Below, piece by piece: positions 36,784 through 46,215 of a DNA stretch of 64,000 nucleotides. Source of the stretch: Promethearchaeota archaeon. Its GTDB lineage: Archaea; Asgardarchaeota; Lokiarchaeia; Sigyniarchaeales; SOKP01. The translations under genes were made by a program, and so were the position numbers. Each line of letters opens with the position of its first letter. Positions within the stretch are counted from its first letter, which is position 1. Location: the NCBI GenBank assembly GCA_048937405.1, contig JBHLNF010000001.1, forward strand, positions 720,785-784,784. The letters are read 5' to 3'. Under the pieces are notes generated by a model. It made no database searches. It saw nothing but the letters and a program-made list of their open reading frames with translations, and was not told where the DNA came from.

Positions 36784-37608
36784 TTACTTCCATTCCCATT
36801 TGGGTTCAGTTCTTTGTAAACGAGCAAGTCCAGCATTTTTTGTATCTTTTGTTTGAAATAATTGAGAACTTACCAAAGTTTCAAGTTCTAAACCAAACGA
36901 AGTATCTTTACCATAGCAATCATCGATTAATTTTTTAGAAAGCCCAACTGCCAAAGGAGCACTACTCATTATTTCATCAGAATACATTTCAATAATGGAA
37001 TCTAAATCATTCCGATCTTTTGCAACTCGATTAACTACTCCAAGTTTATAAGCCTCATTTCCATCAAATTGACGTGCTGTCAAAATAATATCTTTAGCAC
37101 TCTGGATACCAACAATTCTAGTTAATCTAATCGTACCACCTACGTCAGGATTAATACCCACCTTATTTTCTAACATTGAAAATTTTGTAGATTCAGTACA
37201 AAATCGGAAATCACACGCTAAAGCTAACTCAAATGCCATGCCAAAACAAAATCCATTAATTTTAGCAATTACAGGTTTTTCCATTTTTTCAATTTTAGTA
37301 AAAATTGGATGAATCCATGTATTAGCAAAATATCTGAAATTTCTGGGGATTCCGAAGTCAGGAATACGACCCTCAGGATCCTTTTCTTGCCCAGTTAAAA
37401 ATTTTAAATCAATGCCTGAACTAAAGAATTCATCTCCTCCAGTTACAATTACAACTCTAGCATTAGTTCGTTCAACTTTATCAATTGCAGTTTGAAGACC
37501 TCTCATTAACTCATAATTTAATGCATTTTTTTTCTCTAATCGATTCATTTTTATAGTAATTATACTCTTATCTTCATTTTCCTCTATTAAAACAATATTT
37601 TCAGACAA
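36784..37608 (-). CDS. Enoyl-CoA hydratase/isomerase (crotonase family)
   Basis: KNAL, FSSGIDL, KPVIAKINGFCFGMAFELALACDFR, LENKVGINPDVGG. TTG start. Confidence 0.93.
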   Translation of the reverse strand: MSENIVLIEENEDKSIITIKMNRLEKKNALNYELMRGLQTAIDKVERTNARVVIVTGGDEFFSSGIDLKFLTGQEKDPEGRIPDFGIPRNFRYFANTWIHPIFTKIEKMEKPVIAKINGFCFGMAFELALACDFRFCTESTKFSMLENKVGINPDVGGTIRLTRIVGIQSAKDIILTARQFDGNEAYKLGVVNRVAKDRNDLDSIIEMYSDEIMSSAPLAVGLSKKLIDDCYGKDTSFGLELETLVSSQLFQTKDTKNAGLARLQRTEPKWEWK

Positions 37609-37839
37609 TTTTTTTCACTTTTGAAATTTAATTTTTGAGTATTATAATTATATATTGATAAAAAAATTAATTTATTCTTAATTTTAAGCAAATAGTAAAT
37701 AAACTCTGTTTTCTATTCTCCAAAATTGCTGTCCTCTTTAAAAAAATGAATAAAGGTTGATACACGCTTTAAATTCTAAATAAATTTTAATAAATTACCA
37801 TTTTATACTTAATAAATGAGTATATAATGAGGATTAAAA

Positions 37840-39852
37840 TTGAAGTTCTTTAAACTGTTTACACCTTTTAAAATTAGGAATATGACTATCTCCAACCGTA
37901 TTGTCATGCCTGCTTTAAATCTTAATCTTGCCAATAATGGATTTATTACAAAAAAATTAATTGATTTTTATAGTGAAAGAGCAAAAGGAGGGGCAGGTAT
38001 GTTGATTATAGGGGGATGTTATGTAGATATCTATGGAAAAGGATTACCCCCCATGATCTCGATTGAGAGTGATGAATACCTTCCAAAATTAACAGAATTT
38101 GTTGAAACTATTCATAAAATTAGAGATGATATAAAGATAGTTTGTCAATTATACCATAGTGGAGCATATACACTACCTCAGATAATTGGAAAACTTCCAA
38201 TTGCACCCTCTGCTGTATATAACAACTTCAGTAAAACAACACCAAGAGAAATGACTATTGAAGATATCAAGCGAGAACAACAAGCTTTCGCTGATGCAAC
38301 TATACGAGCAAAAAAAGCAGGATTTGATGCTGTGGAAATTTGTGCTAATGCGGGGTATTTATTTACTCAATTTGTATCTCCAAAGACAAATATTCGAACT
38401 GATGAATATGGTGGTAGTTTTGAAAATCGCTTAAGATTTCCCATTGAAACAATTGAATTAATGAGATCAAGTGTAGGTGAGTTTCCCATTGGATATCGGA
38501 TATCAGGAGATGATTTTGTACCAGATAGTAATACGTATAAAGAGAAAGCTATAGTAGCAGAATGCCTAGCTAAAAACTTAGATTATATTAACGTTACTGG
38601 TGGTTGGCATGAGACTAAAGTTCCTCAAACAACCATGGATGTTCCAGAAGGATGCTATGCATATTTAGCTGAAAATATTAAGAACAATGTTTCAATACCC
38701 GTATTTGCTTCCAATCGGATAAATACCCCCGAATTAGCAGAACAAATTTTAATGGCAAGAAAGGCAGATGCCATTTGTATGGGTAGAGCATTGATAGCTG
38801 ATCCTTATTTGCCTAATAAAGCAAAAAAAGGGGAAATAAGAGACATTATGAGTTGTATTGGATGCAATCAAGGATGTTTTGATGCTATATTTAAAATGAA
38901 AGCAATCTCTTGTTTAAGGAACGCACGAGTAGCAAATGAATCAAGAACTGAATTAAATCCTCTTAAAGAAAAGAAAAAAATCATGGTAATTGGAGCTGGA
39001 CCAGGTGGTTTAGAAGCTGCAAGAATTGCCGCGATGAGAGGACATGAAGTTCATGTTTTTGAAAAGGATGACAAAATTGGAGGGTTATTAAACATTATCT
39101 GGATACCACCGGGAAGAAATGAATTCAAAAGAATGATTGACAATTATTCTTATTGGATTCAAAAGTATGGAATACAATTACATCTCGAACAAGAAGTCAC
39201 AATAGATACTGTTAAAAAATTTAATCCAAATGTAGTTTTTCTATCAACTGGATCAATTCCAATCACACCATCAATTCCAGGAATAGATAGAGAAAATGTT
39301 TATTGGGCGAACGATGTCTTTAGCGGAGAAGCTCCAATTGGAAAAAATAATGTAATCATTGGTGGAGGTGCTACAGGGATCGAACTCGCAATTTATTTAG
39401 CTAAATATGGGACTTTAAGCCTTGAAGCATTTGATTTTCTTACTCAATATAGAGCATTAGACCCAGAAACTGCTCTTGATATGCTACAGAGTGGGAGAAA
39501 TAAAGTAACTGTATTAGAACAATTACCAAAACTAGGTACTGCTCTTGGAAGAACAACAAAATGGGTACTTCTGGATAAGTGTGATGCTTTGGGAGTTAAG
39601 TTTCGAACTAGTGTTAAAATTAAAGAAATTGGAAAAAATTTTATAAGTTTTTTTGATGCAGGAGATAAAGAACAAATAATTAATGAGGTAGATATGGTAT
39701 ACTATGCTACTGGAGTAAAGCCAAATGATGCTCTCTTCAAGGAAATAAAACAACTAGGAAATATCAAAATCCAAAAAATTGGAGATGTTAAAAAACCAGA
39801 AACAGTTTTGGAAGCAATTCACAGGGCGTATAAACTAGCAAATAGCATATGA
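37840..39852 (+). CDS. FadH-like 2,4-dienoyl-CoA reductase / NADH:flavin oxidoreductase (OYE + 4Fe-4S + FAD)
   Basis: ERAKGGAG, AGFDAVEI, NIRTDEYGGS, CIGCNQGC...C, VIGAGPGGLEAA. TTG start. Confidence 0.9.
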   Translation: MKFFKLFTPFKIRNMTISNRIVMPALNLNLANNGFITKKLIDFYSERAKGGAGMLIIGGCYVDIYGKGLPPMISIESDEYLPKLTEFVETIHKIRDDIKIVCQLYHSGAYTLPQIIGKLPIAPSAVYNNFSKTTPREMTIEDIKREQQAFADATIRAKKAGFDAVEICANAGYLFTQFVSPKTNIRTDEYGGSFENRLRFPIETIELMRSSVGEFPIGYRISGDDFVPDSNTYKEKAIVAECLAKNLDYINVTGGWHETKVPQTTMDVPEGCYAYLAENIKNNVSIPVFASNRINTPELAEQILMARKADAICMGRALIADPYLPNKAKKGEIRDIMSCIGCNQGCFDAIFKMKAISCLRNARVANESRTELNPLKEKKKIMVIGAGPGGLEAARIAAMRGHEVHVFEKDDKIGGLLNIIWIPPGRNEFKRMIDNYSYWIQKYGIQLHLEQEVTIDTVKKFNPNVVFLSTGSIPITPSIPGIDRENVYWANDVFSGEAPIGKNNVIIGGGATGIELAIYLAKYGTLSLEAFDFLTQYRALDPETALDMLQSGRNKVTVLEQLPKLGTALGRTTKWVLLDKCDALGVKFRTSVKIKEIGKNFISFFDAGDKEQIINEVDMVYYATGVKPNDALFKEIKQLGNIKIQKIGDVKKPETVLEAIHRAYKLANSI

Positions 39853-39916
39853 TATAATAAATTCTTTTTAACTTCCTTTATGTGAAAATTAATATAAAAA
39901 TAAGAAAAAAAATTAA

Positions 39917-40792
39917 TTATCTTTTGTATTGAAGCATAAAATTTACTAACTCTGAATTTGATTTTAATACTTTATATTGATCTGATTTTATTTTTTCTTC
40001 AGATAATTTAACTAGTTCTTTAGGTTCTAGTTCCCTTTCCTTAAACTCATTCATTAAAGTTGGAAGAAAATCACAAATTGTATGTAATTCTATTATTTTC
40101 CCTTTGTATTTTTTCTTTGCTAAATCACTTGCAAGAAATACGTAAGCAGGGGAAATAAATTCTGGTGGAACAGTTACAGGCATTTGTTGACCCCATTTTC
40201 TTAGATCCTCTGCAAACTTAGTTTCAACGCCAGCTGGTGTTAAAACATTAATAATTATATTATATGGTTTTAATTCTAAATTCAAACATTTACCCATTGC
40301 AACAATAGCAGCCTTTGAAGCAGAATACGCAACCTTATTCGGAGGAAAATAAACATTCCCTTGTACAGAAGAAGTCATTACTATACTACCACTTTTTTGT
40401 TCAATCATTTTAGGTAATACTTCTTTTATCATCGCATAATAACTCATAAAATTGAGATTAATCATTTTCTGAGCCATTTCAATAGGATAATCAACAACTG
40501 AAGCTACTTGAGTCATTCCAGCATTATTAATAAGAATATCTATTTTTCCAAACTCATCAAAGTGAGTTTCAGCACAATTTTTAACGCCATCTAATGTCGA
40601 TAAATCGGCGGGAATTGCTAGACCCTTTACTCCAAACTTTTCAAGATCTTCTTTAGTTTTATTTAATTCTGCTTTAGTTCGAGCAGTTACGGCAACATCA
40701 GCACCATTTCTAGCAAGATCTAGAGCAACTTCCCTACCAATACCACGTCCTCCTCCAGTTACTAATGCAATTTTCCCTTCTAATAAATTCAT
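39917..40792 (-). CDS. Short-chain dehydrogenase/reductase
   Basis: TGGGRGIG, NNAG, S...YSASK. Confidence 0.93.
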   Translation of the reverse strand: MNLLEGKIALVTGGGRGIGREVALDLARNGADVAVTARTKAELNKTKEDLEKFGVKGLAIPADLSTLDGVKNCAETHFDEFGKIDILINNAGMTQVASVVDYPIEMAQKMINLNFMSYYAMIKEVLPKMIEQKSGSIVMTSSVQGNVYFPPNKVAYSASKAAIVAMGKCLNLELKPYNIIINVLTPAGVETKFAEDLRKWGQQMPVTVPPEFISPAYVFLASDLAKKKYKGKIIELHTICDFLPTLMNEFKERELEPKELVKLSEEKIKSDQYKVLKSNSELVNFMLQYKR

Positions 40793-40973
40793 AAATCCTC
40801 ACTATTTAGTGTTTAAGTGAATATGATTTCAAATTAATTAAATTAATTGATCTTTATGTACTAAGATAATTTAAAAATTTTTTTTCATAGCTTTTAATTA
40901 GAAAAATTTTGAATTGGTCTTTTTAATTGAATTACAATTATAAATTAAAAAAAAAAGAAAATTATAGAAAATA

Positions 40974-41576
40974 TTAAAAAGTAAAACCATCAGGTAGTTC
41001 CGATTCTGTTATACCTTCAACAACAAACATTAAATCCATAATTGTATAAGTTGGGCTTTTTGTTCGAAAAATTGGTATTACTCTTTTTCCAATTTCAGGT
41101 TCTCCTACAGCTAAAATGCTCATAAGAATTGTAACTACTTCTTCATCAAATTCGACATTTATAAATTTAATTGGTTTTGGTAATATATTAAAAGCTCCAG
41201 AACGATGAGTAATGATAAATGAGTGGATTTTAGCAATTTTTTGAGCTTTTTCAGTTATATCTACAACAGTATTTTTTCTTAGGCAGTCTGGACAAAAAAT
41301 TCGAAATGGTTCATATACCGAACCTTTAGTTTCACATTTTTCATTATCACACCTTGAAGCCATAAGTTTTCCTTTGCCAAGAGAATCGAAAAATATAGCC
41401 TCTCCACCATATGAGTGGATATATGTCATATCTCTAGGATTTGTTACACCCGCTAATTTTCCAGTTTCCTTATTATAAATAGGTTGATTTGCTTCAATTA
41501 TATGAAATATTCCACGAGGTTTATATCTACCATTAATTATATCTACAAAACCTTTTTCTTCTTCTGTTTTAGGCAT
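40974..41576 (-). CDS. DUF35-like Zn-ribbon/OB-fold protein
   Basis: CDNEKC...CPDC, IGKRVIPIF. Directly downstream of a thiolase-like gene. Confidence 0.8.
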   Translation of the reverse strand: MPKTEEEKGFVDIINGRYKPRGIFHIIEANQPIYNKETGKLAGVTNPRDMTYIHSYGGEAIFFDSLGKGKLMASRCDNEKCETKGSVYEPFRIFCPDCLRKNTVVDITEKAQKIAKIHSFIITHRSGAFNILPKPIKFINVEFDEEVVTILMSILAVGEPEIGKRVIPIFRTKSPTYTIMDLMFVVEGITESELPDGFTF

Positions 41577-41580
41577 TTTT

Positions 41581-43002
41581 CTAATCCTCCTTTAGTAAAT
41601 TATTTGGATCCATTAAAATTGTACATGTCACGTGAGAGCCTACACCTGCGTGAGAAATTGCAAGTCCTCTTTTAGCACCTTTAACTTGGAGACTGGTCCA
41701 ATCTTCTGGTTTTTCTCTTCCAAACGCTTTCCATTTCTCCTCAGACTCATGAATTTCATCCCATCGATTCCATATATGATAGCCAATCTCAGCAATTTGC
41801 ATTAATCCTGTTGCCCCTACAGCATGCATACATCCTATTAAACCACCACATGGATTACTCGGTAATTTTCCAGGTTTTTTAGTATGTGGATTAATAACAT
41901 ATGCATCTCCACTTTCAATATAATCTCGTCCTTCTCCGTAAGGTCTAATTCCAATGTCTTCATACGTCTGTATATCGCTAATTGTAAATGCATCGTGTAG
42001 TTCAACTAAATCAAGATCCTCCATTGGATCGGTTACACCTGACATATGATAAGCATAATAAGCAGACATTCTCGCTGCTAAAAAGCTTGTAAAGCCCGGA
42101 TAACGATCCCCACCTGGAAATTTTTTTCCCAAATCATCATATTGATTTGGTTTTTCATTTGGTAATAAAGGGATTTTCATGTCTCTTCTGTCTGCTACTC
42201 TTAAGGTATGACTGCCTGCAGCAATATATATTCTAAGTGGTTTGTTTGTAATTTCATATGCTGTTTTTTCATCGCATACAATTCCACAGGCAGAACCAAC
42301 ACTCATTAAGCAACAATCTAAAGCACGTAGAGGATAGGCAACTATAGGGGAATTAAGAACATCTTCAACTGTAATTTTCATAGGTCCTTGAGCGTGAGGA
42401 TTCATTCTAGCATACCCTCGATTTTTTACAGCGATTTCTGCCATAGTATTTCGAAATGAATCTTCTTCTTTACCAAATATTTTCCAATATCTTTGAGCCA
42501 TTACTGCATAATACCCCGTATATATATGTCCTAGAGGTGTTTCCCAATCTTTATCTGCCGCACAAGAAATAAGATGATTCCCTTCATCAGTTGGGACTTC
42601 ATCCATTCTCTCCCATCCTAGTGCTAGAGCACAATCACTATAACCTGAAGCTACAGCTTTTACAGCCTCCCACATAGCAGAACCACCTGTAGCACCACCT
42701 GTTTTTACTCCAATATTACCTAATGGATCCAATCCAAGTTTATCGTGAATTACAGCTTCTCCAAGTAATTGATCTCCGAAATGATCAGCAAAATGACCAT
42801 AGTAACAAGTATGAATATATTGTTTCAACTCAGTAGGAGTCATTTTAACAAAGTTAGCGGCAGCAGTTAAAGCGTCTATACATAATTCTTCAGTACGAGT
42901 TTCTGGGAAGGCTCTATCAAATTTTGACATTCCAACAGTAACCAAATAGACTGGGCGCATTAATCTCGGTATTTTTAGCTGTCTATTACTAAATTTTATC
43001 AT
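41581..43002 (-). CDS. Thiolase-superfamily protein lacking the nucleophilic Cys
   Basis: KTGGATGG at the usual ExACASG position, AVKAVASG, ELHDAF, GGLIGCMHAVGATG. Confidence 0.88.
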   Translation of the reverse strand: MIKFSNRQLKIPRLMRPVYLVTVGMSKFDRAFPETRTEELCIDALTAAANFVKMTPTELKQYIHTCYYGHFADHFGDQLLGEAVIHDKLGLDPLGNIGVKTGGATGGSAMWEAVKAVASGYSDCALALGWERMDEVPTDEGNHLISCAADKDWETPLGHIYTGYYAVMAQRYWKIFGKEEDSFRNTMAEIAVKNRGYARMNPHAQGPMKITVEDVLNSPIVAYPLRALDCCLMSVGSACGIVCDEKTAYEITNKPLRIYIAAGSHTLRVADRRDMKIPLLPNEKPNQYDDLGKKFPGGDRYPGFTSFLAARMSAYYAYHMSGVTDPMEDLDLVELHDAFTISDIQTYEDIGIRPYGEGRDYIESGDAYVINPHTKKPGKLPSNPCGGLIGCMHAVGATGLMQIAEIGYHIWNRWDEIHESEEKWKAFGREKPEDWTSLQVKGAKRGLAISHAGVGSHVTCTILMDPNNLLKED

Positions 43003-43191
43003 AAAGACTTCACTTTTAAGATATTCAATTTTATTATTTATTGTTTTTATTGTTTTCAGATTGAATTAATATTTAATTCTTATGATTTATTTTGATTAAA
43101 ATCTTTCTAATTAAGCGTTAGATTATAATGGGAATTATTTCCTACATTATTTTGACGAAAATTTAAATTATTGGAACTTGTCTAATTTATT

Positions 43192-44523
43192 ATGGATATT
43201 AGAGTCCCAGAATTTCCAAAAATAGAAATTAGCAGAAAAATACCCGAATTTGACTTAATCAATAACCCATTACTTAATACAGAAGAAAAGACATTTCTGT
43301 CTATATTTTATGATTATATGGAAGAATATCTTGAAAAGGATTTAAATGCTTTAGAAGAATTGAACTATTCGGCAGAAATACCAATACAAGATAAGAAACG
43401 TGAAATAGTTGTTAACTTTATGAAAAAGTTAGCAGAAAAAGGATACTATAGTACAATAATAGATTTTGAAGATTATAAAGTAGGACGTATAACAAGAAAT
43501 GCTCTTATTGCATTAACATTATGTGGTGGTTTTTGGTCTAAAAATAGTGAAAGATATATAAATGGTAACTGGAGTATTGAGATGGGTAGATTGGCAGGGG
43601 GAACACTTTATTGTAACCCTCTGAATTATAAAGCTAATAAATTTCAAAGAGATGAATTTCTTATCCCTGTAGTTAAAAACGGTTTGATGGCAGCTTCGGC
43701 TATGACTGAATTTAAAATAGGCAGTGATATTGTTAAAATTGAGTTAACACTAGATGAAAAAGGCGATTTAATTATTGCGAATGGGAAAAAACTCTTTATA
43801 ACGAATGGGATGTTAGCAGATTATATTATCCTCTATGGTAGGCTAAATAATGGAAAATTAGGGGCTATAATTGTCGATACTGAACACCAAAAATTGAAAA
43901 ATTTCGAATCTTCCAGAGTTAGAACTTATGGAATGAATGATGCTTTTGTCAGTCGTTTAGTATTTAATAATGTAGAAATCCCCAAAGAAAATCTACTCGA
44001 AGCTGATGGTTTAGATCTTATGTTTCATCAATTAAATGAGGAAAGATTAATTATTAGTGCTGAGGCAATAGGTGACTGTATTAAAAAACTATTTTTTTCC
44101 CATAGTTTTGCCCTTCAACGTGAGCAATTTGAACATAAATTACACCATTATCAGATTATTAGATTTCCAATTGCTGAAAATATACGTCAAACTAATTTAC
44201 TTCTATCAGCATTAATAAATTATACCAGAGAGATTGATAAACATCCTCAACCATCTAATTCTAAAATGATCGCTTCTCAAGCAATGGGATTGAAAATTCA
44301 ATCTGCTGAATTAGCATTTCAATGTTCAATTGATTTGTTTAGAACTATGGGAGGACGTGCCTTTACTGAACAATATTGTAATCAAGTAGGACTTCTTGAT
44401 TCGTATTGCATGATTCATGGTGGAGGGAGTCATTATGTACTGGAAGATGCAGAATCGAGAAGATTTTTTAAAATTAAAAATGATCAATTAAAAGATCACA
44501 CAATTACAAAAGAGATATTTTAG
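43192..44523 (+). CDS. Acyl-CoA dehydrogenase family protein
   Basis: AMTEFKIGSD, NGKKLFITNG, LNEERL, REQF, MGGRAF. Confidence 0.88.
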   Translation: MDIRVPEFPKIEISRKIPEFDLINNPLLNTEEKTFLSIFYDYMEEYLEKDLNALEELNYSAEIPIQDKKREIVVNFMKKLAEKGYYSTIIDFEDYKVGRITRNALIALTLCGGFWSKNSERYINGNWSIEMGRLAGGTLYCNPLNYKANKFQRDEFLIPVVKNGLMAASAMTEFKIGSDIVKIELTLDEKGDLIIANGKKLFITNGMLADYIILYGRLNNGKLGAIIVDTEHQKLKNFESSRVRTYGMNDAFVSRLVFNNVEIPKENLLEADGLDLMFHQLNEERLIISAEAIGDCIKKLFFSHSFALQREQFEHKLHHYQIIRFPIAENIRQTNLLLSALINYTREIDKHPQPSNSKMIASQAMGLKIQSAELAFQCSIDLFRTMGGRAFTEQYCNQVGLLDSYCMIHGGGSHYVLEDAESRRFFKIKNDQLKDHTITKEIF

Positions 44524-44634
44524 TTTTTTTTTTAAAAATATAAATACAAATATTCATCGATCTTGCACTTTAATTTTATTATAAATCTATAGAGGATATA
44601 ATATTAAATAAAATCTCTTAATTTATTATAGATA

Positions 44635-45606
44635 ATGGATAGCTACAATTTCGAAAGCTTTAATATTACACCATTAGTAGAACAATATCAAGGTAAACGA
44701 TTAGAAGATTTATATCAAAATTATGATATCATTAAAAATAAGATGGGTGAATTCATTGAATTCTTTTGGGAAGAAAAAGAAATTCCAAATGAAATAAATT
44801 TAATTAAAACTCAGAAAAAATTGTTAAATAACCTTAAAACTGTAAATTATATTGGAGAATTTATCGAAAGAAAATTGAATTCGAGAGGTATCTATACTCT
44901 AAGAGATTTAAGATATAATTTACATTTTAGTAGTTCAGCAAATCAGATTTTAAATTTGATAAAAAAAAAGAATTATAAGACTCTTTCAAAAAATAGATAT
45001 ATTAATGACTTGGATGTAAGTTTCTGTTTTAAAATTGAAGAGCTCCTGTTTTTAGACATTGAGACTTTAGGGATAATCGATAGTCCAGTTATTATTGTAG
45101 GAATTGGCTTCTTTAAACAAAATTCATTTAGAATATGCATTTATTTTACAAGAAAACGCGAAGAAGAAATTGCTATTTATGAACATCTTAAAACTAAGAT
45201 ATTTCCAAATCATAAATGCTTTGTAACTTATAATGGAAAAACTTTTGATATCCCCTATTTAGCAAATCGATTTTTATACTTTTTTGATGAAAATCCTATG
45301 ATATCACAGAAAGATCAACCATATGAGAAACATAACACTAAATTTCATCATATTGATTTGTTCCATCATTGTCGTCGTATTTATAATGGAAAGTATAACA
45401 ATTTTGCTTTAACAAATATGGAAAAAAAACTATTAAATAGGTCAAGAGAAAATACTTTACCAAGTAGCCTTGTAGGACTTTGTTATCGTAAATATAAAGA
45501 AAATCCCAAAAGGTATATTGGCTTAATTAAAGAAGTAATTGAACATAACTATTATGATATTTATTCTATGCCATTGATTCTAAAAACAATCTTAACAGAT
45601 TTTTAG
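44635..45606 (+). CDS. RNase H-like (YprB/RNase_H_2) DEDD exonuclease
   Basis: FLDIETLG, VTYNGKTFDIPYL, HIDL, HNYYD. Confidence 0.88.
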   Translation: MDSYNFESFNITPLVEQYQGKRLEDLYQNYDIIKNKMGEFIEFFWEEKEIPNEINLIKTQKKLLNNLKTVNYIGEFIERKLNSRGIYTLRDLRYNLHFSSSANQILNLIKKKNYKTLSKNRYINDLDVSFCFKIEELLFLDIETLGIIDSPVIIVGIGFFKQNSFRICIYFTRKREEEIAIYEHLKTKIFPNHKCFVTYNGKTFDIPYLANRFLYFFDENPMISQKDQPYEKHNTKFHHIDLFHHCRRIYNGKYNNFALTNMEKKLLNRSRENTLPSSLVGLCYRKYKENPKRYIGLIKEVIEHNYYDIYSMPLILKTILTDF

Positions 45607-45629
45607 AAAGAATTTAATATTTACTTAGG

Positions 45630-46016
45630 TTAGGATTTTAAAAATCGTTCTAGTGTTCGAAAAATTTGTTCTTCTTTAAAAGGTTTTTTAATGTAATCTT
45701 TTGCACCCTTTTCCGTTGCTTCGAGTATGGATAATTCTTGTCCCATTGCACTTACTACAACAATTTTAGCTTTCTTATCAAATTTCATAATTTCTTCAAT
45801 AGCTTTAATTCCATCTGTCTCTGGCATAACAAGATCCATTGTAACTAGATCTGGTTTTAATTTTTTGTACAATGATATTGCATCCTTTCCATTCGAGGCT
45901 TCACCAATAACTTCTGCAAAATCCATCTTTTCTATTACTTTTTTAATTCTATTTCTTACGAATTGAGCATCATCTACAATTAAAACTTTTTTTTTTTCTG
46001 ATTTTGACATTTTCAT
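45630..46016 (-). CDS. Stand-alone CheY-like response regulator
   Basis: VLIVDDA, PDLVTMDLVMP..DG, VSAMGQ, GAKDYIKKPF. Confidence 0.92.
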   Translation of the reverse strand: MKMSKSEKKKVLIVDDAQFVRNRIKKVIEKMDFAEVIGEASNGKDAISLYKKLKPDLVTMDLVMPETDGIKAIEEIMKFDKKAKIVVVSAMGQELSILEATEKGAKDYIKKPFKEEQIFRTLERFLKS

Positions 46017-46215
46017 TCATCCATACTTGTTTCAAAAAATAGTTTTACTTATATATGAACTAAATTCATTATTTTAAATCTTTTGATTTCGCAAAGATTT
46101 GTATTATTAAAACGAAAAACTATATTATCAAATTTAAGAAGTAATGATAAAATGATTAATATCAATCTTTCAAGAAAGATTAATTTAGATTTGAAAATTT
46201 TGCTAATTGATATAA

